Shown here in pieces: positions 56,409-64,000 of a stretch of DNA of 64,000 bases. A program made the translations under genes and the position numbers. The notes under the pieces are model-generated. The model saw only the letters and a list, made by a program, of their open reading frames with translations, had not been told where the DNA came from and ran no database searches. Source of the DNA: Candidatus Aegiribacteria sp. (GTDB lineage: Bacteria > Fermentibacterota > Fermentibacteria > Fermentibacterales > JCC-6); assembly GCA_030620995.1 (NCBI GenBank), contig JAUXIK010000007.1, positions 1,506-65,505 on the forward strand. The letters run 5' to 3'. Position 1 is the stretch's first letter. Each line of letters starts with the position of its first letter.

Positions 56409-58124
56409 ATGGCCGCTCGTAGAGAAACCTGGAATAGCAGAACCGCTTTTATCCTTGCCGCAATAGGATCAGCCATCGGACTGGGAAACATCTGGCGGTT
56501 CCCGTATATCACGTACGAAAATGGCGGGGGCGCTTTCCTTGTCGCCTATTTCATCTGCCTGTTCCTGGCGGGAATTCCACTGCTGATGCTTGAGTTCAGC
56601 ATCGGGCACAAGTTCCACCAGGCGGCTCCTGGAGCATTCAAAAAAATAAACCCCAGACTTGAGTGGTTCGGATGGTTCGCTGTAGGTGTAGGTTTCATCA
56701 TTGTTACTTACTACGCAATCATTATGGCCTGGAGCGTAAATTACACTTATGAGGCAGCTACTCTCGGGTGGGTACAGGAATCGGGAAAATACGCTGACAT
56801 ACAGTATGCCATAACCGGCACCGATCTTGAGGATATGGAGGTGATGACGGACATCCCTGCCTTCCTTACAGGACAATCTTTCGTGTCACCTGTCAGCGGG
56901 GAAACAGGCATCATCCTTACCGAACCGGACGGTTCTCAGGAGGTCGGCACCATTCTGGTGGCTTTCGAAGGAAGTTTATACGGTTTCAACAGTGTAGCTG
57001 ACGCAAATACATTCATGGGTTCTCCGGGAGACTTCTTCTTCAACGACTTTCTGGGAGTCACATCTGAACCATGGGATATCGGTGAGTTCAAATGGCCTCT
57101 CTTCATCGGGTTCACGCTGGCCTGGATATGGATCGTCGCTTCAGTCTGGAGAGGCACGAAAACGGTCAGCAAGGTTGTCTTTTATACCGTTCTGATTCCG
57201 TGGGGACTGCTTGTCCTTTTCGTCATAAGAGGTATCACGCTGCCGGGAGCGGGAGTAGGTCTTAAATACTATCTGACTCCTGTGTGGTCGAAACTGCTCA
57301 GCTCTGATATCTGGCTGGCGGCTATTTCCCAGGTGTTTTTCAGCCTGAGCGTAGGCTTTGCTATAATGATCGCATACGGCAGTTTTCTCCCTAAAAAAAC
57401 AAACATAGCGGCCAATGCCATGATTATAGGTATTGCCGATGCTCTAACGGCGTTCTTCGGCGGAATGGCTGTTTTTTCTGCTCTCGGACATCATGCATCG
57501 AGTCTTGGCGTACCTGTTTCCCAGGTGGTCGAGAGCGGTCCCGGATTGGCGTTCGTTGCATACCCGCATATTATCTGCACTCTGCCTGCCCCCAGGATTT
57601 TCGGAGTTCTCTTCTTCATAATGCTTTTAACTCTGGCTGTTGATTCCGCTTTCAGCCTTCTGGAGGCTGCCACCGCCTCGGTTAAGGACAAATGGAAAAC
57701 ATCGCACAGGAAGGCCAATCTTATCGTGGGTGGAACCGCTTTCCTTCTCGGGCTACCGATGCTGACAGGTATGGGGATTCACATACTTGATATCGCGGAT
57801 CACTTCATGAACTGCTATGGCCTTACTTTTGTCGTTCTTGGCGAAGTACTGATTATCGGATGGGGCACCGGCGCGAACAAGCAGAGAAAATACATCAACG
57901 AGAACTCCAGCTTTAATGTCGGCCGCTGGTGGAACATCTGTATTTGCTGGCTCATTCCGATGGGCATCGTCTGGATGATCTACAGTGAGATCCTGGAGAG
58001 AACAGTCCCCTATGGAAGCTTCGGTCTTCGCAGCCAGGAGTTCCTGTTCGGATGGCTGCTTATTATTCTACTTCCAATAGTCGGTGTCATCCTCGCCAAA
58101 GCCAGGGGAAAGCAGGCTCAGTAG
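56409..58124 (+). CDS. Neurotransmitter:sodium symporter (NSS/SNF) family transporter
   Basis: RETWNSRTAFILAAIGSAIGLGNIWRFPY is the family signature. Polytopic, 571 aa. Confidence 0.9.
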   Translation: MAARRETWNSRTAFILAAIGSAIGLGNIWRFPYITYENGGGAFLVAYFICLFLAGIPLLMLEFSIGHKFHQAAPGAFKKINPRLEWFGWFAVGVGFIIVTYYAIIMAWSVNYTYEAATLGWVQESGKYADIQYAITGTDLEDMEVMTDIPAFLTGQSFVSPVSGETGIILTEPDGSQEVGTILVAFEGSLYGFNSVADANTFMGSPGDFFFNDFLGVTSEPWDIGEFKWPLFIGFTLAWIWIVASVWRGTKTVSKVVFYTVLIPWGLLVLFVIRGITLPGAGVGLKYYLTPVWSKLLSSDIWLAAISQVFFSLSVGFAIMIAYGSFLPKKTNIAANAMIIGIADALTAFFGGMAVFSALGHHASSLGVPVSQVVESGPGLAFVAYPHIICTLPAPRIFGVLFFIMLLTLAVDSAFSLLEAATASVKDKWKTSHRKANLIVGGTAFLLGLPMLTGMGIHILDIADHFMNCYGLTFVVLGEVLIIGWGTGANKQRKYINENSSFNVGRWWNICICWLIPMGIVWMIYSEILERTVPYGSFGLRSQEFLFGWLLIILLPIVGVILAKARGKQAQ

Positions 58125-58135
58125 CAGCGCATATA

Positions 58136-58675
58136 TTACGCAAACGGACTTCTGAAGTTCTCTATTATTCTGGCGATTGTTCTGTGTTCTGCCAGAACAC
58201 GATATTCTAGAAGCTTAAGAACCGTCCTGAAGTGCTTCCACTCTTTCCCGAAGTTATCACTTGCCTCGATCAGCTCCTGCATTTCCTTGATGCTTATTTT
58301 CAGGAATTCGGAAGCGGAAGTACTGTCGATATCTTCTTCCAGAGCTCTGATAATCGCATTGAATTCCCCTTTATCCAGCCAGATTCCTCCACATTCCCTG
58401 CAGTAGTCCAGTTCAACTTCTGTATCAGTATATCCGATTAAAGCCATCTTTCCACCGCATGAAGGACATTTAGAAGAGTCCTTCCTGACATGGAAACCAT
58501 CTGTTTCCTTCCACAGATTGAATTCCATCCAGGCAAGGTCGGGATCAGCTATGTTCCTTGCCTGTCTCAATTCATCTCTGTCGAACCAGCTTCCACCACA
58601 ACCGGGACAGGTTTCAATTCTCACACCGGCAAATTCTGTTCCTTCCAGTTCCGTATTGCATCTGGGGCATATCAT
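58136..58675 (-). CDS. Double zinc-ribbon (zf-TFIIB-like) protein
   Basis: CPRC...CPGCGGSWFDRDEL and CPSC...CRECGGIWLDKGEF. Confidence 0.65.
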   Translation of the reverse strand: MICPRCNTELEGTEFAGVRIETCPGCGGSWFDRDELRQARNIADPDLAWMEFNLWKETDGFHVRKDSSKCPSCGGKMALIGYTDTEVELDYCRECGGIWLDKGEFNAIIRALEEDIDSTSASEFLKISIKEMQELIEASDNFGKEWKHFRTVLKLLEYRVLAEHRTIARIIENFRSPFA

Positions 58676-59877
58676 TAATCTTCCTCCTCTTCGCGCCAGT
58701 TCATAGAAATCAAACCTAAACTGATGGCATTATCGATAACAATCTGTGCTTGCTTTGCTACAGGAGGATCTATCATTTTCGAACCAAGAACCACTGCTCC
58801 AAGACCCTCTTTTTCCGCTTGCTCCATAGCAACTACGACCTTTTTTGCCCTGCTTACCACGCCGGATTCGGGAAGGAATCCTTCATTGATTATCGGAACC
58901 TGGATGGGATGAATGCACCCTTTGCCGATAAAACCAAGGGTCTTTGCTCTTCTGATCGATTCACGAAGCCCTTCTTCGTTTTTTACATCGGCGTAAACGG
59001 TGTCTATCGGCTGAAGTCCGGCAGCTCTTGCAGCAAGGACTATCAAACTCCGTGCCGTGAAGCTCTCTGTTCCCTCAACTGTTGGCGTAACACCCATCTC
59101 CGCTGAAAGATCCTGCAGCCCAAGCGTCAGCGCGACTGACTCCTCCGGAACCGACATGGCAATTGAAAGAGCGTTGAAGATTCCAAGGGGGCTCTCTATT
59201 ATCGGCATCAGCCAGACAGGTGCTTCCCTGCCGTATATCTCAGCAAGTTTCTCGATCATATCCCTTATGGAAGAAACTTCGTCCGCCAGTTCAACCTTGG
59301 GCAGCAGTATGTGCTGAACAGGCTGAGGTATAATCCAGTCAAGATCATCAATTGACAATTCGCCCTGATTGATTCGCACCATTACTTCCATCCCGCCGAA
59401 ATCAAGATTCTGCAGCGAGTAAGCCACAAGAATACGGGCTTCGAATTTCCTGTCCGGAGACACACTGTCCTCAAGATCGAGAATAACGGCGTCCGCTCCG
59501 GATGAGAGTGATTTCTCCATAAATCGTGGACGGTTACCGGGAACATACAGCCTCGATCTTCTGGGTCTGTATCGCTCGGATGAAATGATATTCACAACAG
59601 GAGGTAAAGCCGGAAAATCATCTCCAAGCACTTTCCGTGAAGCAGCTTCGAATCTTGCGGCGGCAACAAATGGCGCAGCGCCACAATCCTCTATATTGAC
59701 ACAGCCTGTTTGAATTCCCATCCGCTCCGCTGTTTTCCGGACTGCTTCCTCAATAAGATCGGGGGAAGAGCTGCCGTTTATGGTAATAGAAAGTTCTGCA
59801 TCAGTGTATTCGTAGGTAATTTTACAGTCTGATTTGACTTTAGGGCCGGAATATCCGCATGAAGCTTTACCTGGCAT
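58675..59877 (-). CDS. CitE-like (HpcH/HpaI aldolase / citrate lyase beta) protein with an N-terminal CitD (ACP)-like domain
   Basis: RRSRLYVPGNRPRFMEKS...DAVILDLEDSV is CitE-like. The first ~90 aa (..INGSS...IEDCGAAPFVAAARFEAA) resemble citrate lyase ACP. Confidence 0.6.
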   Translation of the reverse strand: MPGKASCGYSGPKVKSDCKITYEYTDAELSITINGSSSPDLIEEAVRKTAERMGIQTGCVNIEDCGAAPFVAAARFEAASRKVLGDDFPALPPVVNIISSERYRPRRSRLYVPGNRPRFMEKSLSSGADAVILDLEDSVSPDRKFEARILVAYSLQNLDFGGMEVMVRINQGELSIDDLDWIIPQPVQHILLPKVELADEVSSIRDMIEKLAEIYGREAPVWLMPIIESPLGIFNALSIAMSVPEESVALTLGLQDLSAEMGVTPTVEGTESFTARSLIVLAARAAGLQPIDTVYADVKNEEGLRESIRRAKTLGFIGKGCIHPIQVPIINEGFLPESGVVSRAKKVVVAMEQAEKEGLGAVVLGSKMIDPPVAKQAQIVIDNAISLGLISMNWREEEED

Positions 59878-59922
59878 CAGATCTCCTTCGAATAATATTT
59901 CTGTATTAACGGCATGTATAAT

Positions 59923-61053
59923 CTAATGGGTAATATCGCAGGAAGAACAATCAGCCGGATCACACCCGAGAGGATTCAGCATGAGAAAAGTAAATCCTGA
60001 GTCAGGGTGACAGCGAAAAGCATACATCTCAAGAAATGACTGTACCCTATACCCCCGTTCGGAACACCAGGGTTCGTATTCAACAGCAAAGATTCTCATT
60101 CTCATACTCTCAAGGTATGCTGATACGCTGTCCTGCCAGGGAGAGGTATCAATCCCTGATCTGGAATCGATCCATACAGGAGTAATAACAGCGGACAGCT
60201 CCGGAACTGAGCTGATCTGCTGCAGCCAGCGGTCTTTATCGAACAGGATAACCTTCAGTGGCGGGAGATTCGCGCCGCTTATCTGTTCAGCAAGTTCAAC
60301 TCCCATGTCTTTCTCATCCTCTGCAAATGCCAGAATGTACAATGTATCGGCATCCTCAACTGAAAATATTGATATATCCGCATCTCCATGGGATTCATGA
60401 ACTGCCGTTTCAGACAGTTCCTGCCGCATGGAGGATTGTGATATCCATTGCGCAAGTCCTCTGATTCCAATCGCTCCAAAATAGATGGCAACGATAACAG
60501 CGATCACTCTGGCTGCCTTTGTAACCCAATCCTTAGCAGTTAGAAGACCGAAGACTGCAAAGGGGAGCATGTATACAGTGGTGCCTGCAAAGAATCCGAT
60601 AAATAGCATCATGCCCCTGATCGGACCGCTGGTATTGAAAGCGCTGGTAACAGCAATGAGGAACGCAGGGCAGATAGAAAATCCTGTAAGTAATCCGAGC
60701 AGGAAAGCGCTTCTTGTAATCTTGAGCAGTTTTCCTGTCTGACATCCTGAACAGGTTTTCCTGACTCTGACAACCGAAAGAAGAAGATATACCGAGAAAA
60801 GGAGATAGCCGAACAGAACTATCGGAGTTCTGACGGAAGCAGGAATTACTCCTCCCAGCTGTCCTATAAGCGCTCCGAACATAGCGTATGCGATGAACCT
60901 TCCGGCGTTTAGCTTCAGGATCACCCACAATGCCTGGAATCCGGTTCGCTTCTCCCCGAGAAGGTAAACCCCATAGACAGGACCACAGGAAGCAAGACAG
61001 GTCAAACCTGTTGCCAGACCCAGTGATAACCCTGCACTCAGTGATTCAAACAA
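59923..61053 (-). CDS. Polytopic membrane protein with CxxC in TM1 (DsbD_2/CcdA/TauE-like) and a C-terminal soluble domain
   Basis: GLTCLASCGPVYG, about 6 TM segments, then a ~170-aa domain ending CDPADCSSC. Confidence 0.45.
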   Translation of the reverse strand: MFESLSAGLSLGLATGLTCLASCGPVYGVYLLGEKRTGFQALWVILKLNAGRFIAYAMFGALIGQLGGVIPASVRTPIVLFGYLLFSVYLLLSVVRVRKTCSGCQTGKLLKITRSAFLLGLLTGFSICPAFLIAVTSAFNTSGPIRGMMLFIGFFAGTTVYMLPFAVFGLLTAKDWVTKAARVIAVIVAIYFGAIGIRGLAQWISQSSMRQELSETAVHESHGDADISIFSVEDADTLYILAFAEDEKDMGVELAEQISGANLPPLKVILFDKDRWLQQISSVPELSAVITPVWIDSRSGIDTSPWQDSVSAYLESMRMRIFAVEYEPWCSERGYRVQSFLEMYAFRCHPDSGFTFLMLNPLGCDPADCSSCDITH

Positions 61054-61077
61054 CAGGTGATCCTTTCAAAAACCGTA

Positions 61078-61100
61078 CAGGGACACGAAATGTGTCCCTG
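61078..61100 (-). terminator. Hairpin terminator after the OMP gene
   Basis: CAGGGACAC-GAAAT-GTGTCCCTG. On the minus strand it is followed by TACGGTTTTTG. Confidence 0.6.
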
Positions 61101-61129
61101 CTGATAAGTATCCCTGGATAAAAGTAATG

Positions 61130-62326
61130 CTATAAACTCAGCGAACCCGGATAGAACTCCAGCCCTGTCCGAACACGCCACCAGACCTCAACTTCTTCCA
61201 GGTCAGTTCTTTCCTGCTCAATGATACCCCATACGCGAAGGGTGGTTGCAAGCTGATATTCCAGCCCGGGGCCGAATACAATCCACTTTCTTGTATCACC
61301 GGCTCCGGCAACCGAGGTCGGGGTTGAGCGGGCTTCAGCATTCAGCAGAAGTGATAATCCCCTGTAGAAATTGATTCTAGAGAATAGAACAGCTCGTTCA
61401 GTTCGGATCGAAGAGGTTGAAAGCTTACCTGACAATGTGATTATCGATGGCACTTCCCTCGATCTCATGAAGTGATAGATAATCCTTGATTCGGCGGAAG
61501 TGCAGGCAGGTCTGATCTCTCCATCGTAATCGATTACGGACTCGAATGTGGTGTTCACCGCAAGTGATGGAACTATCATGCGAACCAATCGGATCCTCGA
61601 GGTAAACCTGTCAGCCAGATCATTCCCCAGAAAATTGGTACCGTTGTAGAATGAGTATGTAACATCGCCTGTCACATAGAAGTGGGCGGGAAGGGATTGC
61701 GGCTCAGTGGAAAACGCAATATCAAACCTGCCCCAGGTAGACTCATAATCAATGAAATCGGAGTTCGTCTTATGGTACAAACCTGACATGTTTAATGTAA
61801 ATCCTGATGTTTCACAGGAAATTCCGCCGTTCAGACGGGATTCCGTCCACGCGAGATCGTAACCATTCTCCTGCTTTAAATCTCTGTTCCAGTACAGTCC
61901 TTTTACAAAGACATGATAATTCTCTGAAAAATCAGCAGCAAGAGACAGTCCGGGTCTGATAAAACCTTCTCTATATGCCACCCCGGCCTGCACCGGAAGA
62001 ACCATCTCCGGCTTATCGCCCAGATCAACAGTCCAGCATAGATCAGGATTTATGGTAACAGGCCCTGCATCGACTATGAAATCAATGTCAGTCCGGCTAT
62101 ACGTATTAAGTATCCTTGGCACAATACCGGAGCTGTCCTCGTGAGAATACTGTTCCTCAAGTATAAGTGTCCAGTTGTCAGTGCTGAGCATTCCTCCAAG
62201 TTCGAGTCTGCCGGGTTCAGGCGAAAGGCTGTCGCCTCCTGTCTGAACATCCATCCACCCGTCAAGAGAAGCCGCAAATACAAGAGCTGGAAGCAGAAGA
62301 AGCAGTGGAATCGTTTTACCGATCAT
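61130..62326 (-). CDS. Putative outer-membrane beta-barrel protein
   Basis: I prefer the ATG at 62326 (MIGKTIPLLLLLPALVFAAS signal peptide), which gives a TGATG overlap with the upstream gene. Alternating amphipathic strands throughout. Confidence 0.5.
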   Translation of the reverse strand: MIGKTIPLLLLLPALVFAASLDGWMDVQTGGDSLSPEPGRLELGGMLSTDNWTLILEEQYSHEDSSGIVPRILNTYSRTDIDFIVDAGPVTINPDLCWTVDLGDKPEMVLPVQAGVAYREGFIRPGLSLAADFSENYHVFVKGLYWNRDLKQENGYDLAWTESRLNGGISCETSGFTLNMSGLYHKTNSDFIDYESTWGRFDIAFSTEPQSLPAHFYVTGDVTYSFYNGTNFLGNDLADRFTSRIRLVRMIVPSLAVNTTFESVIDYDGEIRPACTSAESRIIYHFMRSREVPSIITLSGKLSTSSIRTERAVLFSRINFYRGLSLLLNAEARSTPTSVAGAGDTRKWIVFGPGLEYQLATTLRVWGIIEQERTDLEEVEVWWRVRTGLEFYPGSLSL

Positions 62327-62574
62327 CAGTATATCGCTCCTTCTGGACACTGCTCAACACATCTGTAGCAGAAGTGACAGAGGGAAGGATCGATCACGGC
62401 GTTACCATCAATTATTTCTATGGCGCCGTAGGGACAGACTTCAACACATTCTCCGCAGCCGGTACAAGCATCGGTATCTACAATCAGCTGGGTACTTTCG
62501 ACCGGTCCTTTGCATGCAGACAGCAGCACCAGGACAGCAGCGACTATAACAAGAACCCTAGCGTATGGCGTCAT
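62326..62574 (-). CDS. Small 2x[4Fe-4S] ferredoxin-domain lipoprotein
   Basis: Lipobox LLSAC, then CTGCGECVEVCP and CHFCYRCVEQCP. Confidence 0.65.
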   Translation of the reverse strand: MTPYARVLVIVAAVLVLLSACKGPVESTQLIVDTDACTGCGECVEVCPYGAIEIIDGNAVIDPSLCHFCYRCVEQCPEGAIY

Positions 62575-62794
62575 AGCTGCACACCCCCTGACAGAACCCG
62601 CATCCTATGCAAGCCTGGGGATCTATATAGGATTTACCATCGATGATCTCTATCGCGTCAACCGGACAGACAAGTTTACAATCTCCGCAGCCCGTGCACC
62701 TGGCTCGATCAACCCTGTAGACAACCTCTGCCACAGCTATTGATACAATGACCAGAAGCAGTATCGATGTAAGAACAAGTGCTTTTCGGCTCAT
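62558..62794 (-). CDS. Small 2x[4Fe-4S] ferredoxin-domain protein with an N-terminal hydrophobic anchor/signal
   Basis: The internal ATG at 62794 (MSRKALVLTSILLLVIVSIAVA) forms an ATGA overlap with the upstream stop. Motifs CTGCGDCKLVCP and CIGCGFCQGVC. Confidence 0.6.
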   Translation of the reverse strand: MSRKALVLTSILLLVIVSIAVAEVVYRVDRARCTGCGDCKLVCPVDAIEIIDGKSYIDPQACIGCGFCQGVCSYDAIR

Positions 62795-63285
62795 TGCTCG
62801 ATCCCCTGAAGAAAGATTTCCGAGCCTTCTTCGGAAACGCCGAACAGAGCGAAATGAGTTCTGGAAGATGGCGCGAATATGGTATTGACAGGACAGGCAT
62901 TTGCACACAGTCCGCAGGCTATGCATAGTTCAGGATTTACTATCGCGATATTGTCATCTCCCATAGTAATCGCGTCTACAGGGCATGCATTAATACAGAG
63001 CTGGCAGGATATGCAGCCACCCGGCTCAACGATAAATGCCCCTGGAATCATTACCGAGCAGGGAAACACTCCTGCTGAATCGGAATATATCGTAGCAAAC
63101 ACCGCTCCCCAGTCAGGATCGTCAGTATCATACTCCGCCTGAGACCCTCTCAGTACGAGGTGCTGGTAATCAACTTCTACCGGATCCCACTGGATAAGCC
63201 CGCCGTTTGCATCCTGTGAGTAGACAACCGAACCGGCAGCTAAAAAACTCAGTATCAGTAAAATTGCTGGAACAAACTTTTTCAT
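62791..63285 (-). CDS. Secreted-type 2x[4Fe-4S] ferredoxin-domain protein
   Basis: Signal peptide MKKFVPAILLILSFLAAGSVVYSQ. Motifs CISCQLCINACP and CIACGLCANACP. ATGA overlap with the upstream gene. Confidence 0.65.
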   Translation of the reverse strand: MKKFVPAILLILSFLAAGSVVYSQDANGGLIQWDPVEVDYQHLVLRGSQAEYDTDDPDWGAVFATIYSDSAGVFPCSVMIPGAFIVEPGGCISCQLCINACPVDAITMGDDNIAIVNPELCIACGLCANACPVNTIFAPSSRTHFALFGVSEEGSEIFLQGIEQ

Positions 63286-64000
63286 TCCGCAACAACCTGT
63301 CTTTTAATTGACCATAACCCGTACTCGTGGCACTGGATGAAGCATTGGCCGCAGTTTATGCATTTATCGTAGTCAATATGAACCATCCCGGAATCCACTC
63401 CGGGTGTGTTCCAGTCCGGTGTGTACCAGACTGCATCAACCGGACATCCGGGACCGCAGGAATCAAGAAGAATGTAACATCCGTAAGCACAATGACCGCA
63501 CCATTTAGGATCATTAAAGTAGCGGAGCCTGTAGCTACCGGAAGCAGTAACTACTTCCGACGGCGCGTCTCCGGAACCCATGGCTCTGATGCCAAAGAAG
63601 TAAGCCTGCCCATACCTGCTGTCTGAGATCGCGTTCACGGGACATACACGAACACATTCACCACATGCAGTACACCTGTCCAGATCAATAACGGCTTTTC
63701 CATCAATGAGATGTATGGCATCCTGCGGACATGCGTCAACACACAAACCGCACCCGATACATGTATTCTCGAACACTTCGGGCTGAACCTGAACATGCGC
63801 GACCATGCTGGCGCTGTCTCCGACTGGAACCGAGGCGATCGGCACCGCATTATCCCAGTTAGAATCATCTATGGGATCTGGTGATATTCTTATCTCATAC
63901 CACTCCGCATCATCAGCGGCTGTCCAGCGCAATGTAAATGTTGAAGTTTCTCCTTCGGCAATATCACCATAGGTAAAGCCCGTATCCACAGTCAGTTCTG
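63282..64000 (-). CDS. Fn3-like plus multi-[4Fe-4S] ferredoxin-domain protein, 5' end outside the window
   Basis: The frame stays open to the window edge. Motifs are TFTLRWTAADDAEWYEIR (Fn3-like), CIGCGLCVDACP, CTACGECVRVCP and CINCGQCFIQC. Confidence 0.6.
   Translation of the reverse strand, partial: ELTVDTGFTYGDIAEGETSTFTLRWTAADDAEWYEIRISPDPIDDSNWDNAVPIASVPVGDSASMVAHVQVQPEVFENTCIGCGLCVDACPQDAIHLIDGKAVIDLDRCTACGECVRVCPVNAISDSRYGQAYFFGIRAMGSGDAPSEVVTASGSYRLRYFNDPKWCGHCAYGCYILLDSCGPGCPVDAVWYTPDWNTPGVDSGMVHIDYDKCINCGQCFIQCHEYGLWSIKRQVVAE

Overview
This 64-kb stretch reads like chromosome from an uncultivated anaerobic diderm bacterium. Supporting features are a TonB-dependent receptor, FadL-like and other beta-barrel OMPs, many lipobox lipoproteins, and two cargo proteins with T9SS-type C-terminal domains. 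The lineage guess is FCB-like, at low confidence. I support about 60 genes.

Positions 1-13.9 kb form a mosaic accessory island. It holds AAA+ ATPases of the DUF4143/DUF234 kind, a canonical AbiEi/AbiEii pair, and a second divergent HTH-plus-nucleotidyltransferase pair. It also holds two Fic loci (one is the mobile mystery protein A/B pair) and pRiA4b-ORF3-like genes as one intact and two decayed copies.

The rest is mostly housekeeping and envelope genes:
- gmd, fhs and a KamA-family radical SAM enzyme
- M16 and C25 peptidases
- an ABC-2 exporter and an NSS transporter
- YeeE/YedE plus TusA
- two PAS hybrid histidine kinases
- a CitD-CitE fusion

This part is interrupted by small TA cassettes: BrnTA at 20.2 kb and VapBC at 52.6 kb, next to tRNA-Asp(GUC). 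I saw no transposase, integrase, CRISPR array, rRNA or phage structural genes.

Most worth follow-up:
1. A tightly coupled minus-strand operon (61.1-64.0 kb) of four 2x[4Fe-4S] ferredoxin-domain proteins with Sec/lipoprotein-type N-termini and no twin-arginine motif, followed by a beta-barrel OMP.
2. An uncharacterised two-gene module at 2578-4556: a PD-(D/E)xK-like/wHTH protein plus an AbiEii-like nucleotidyltransferase.
3. A recurrent extreme C-terminal tag, SALExxTWGSIKxxF, on a family of secreted proteins. It is distinct from the T9SS CTDs.
4. Four small cassettes, each bounded by an intact locus and a degenerate, internally deleted mini-copy of that locus. One has perfect 28-bp direct repeats.
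5. A REP/BIME-like GGGGACAC palindrome family.
6. Two adjacent tag-family genes with in-frame TAG and TGA stops just after their signal peptides.

All functional calls come from motif recognition by eye. No database search was possible.
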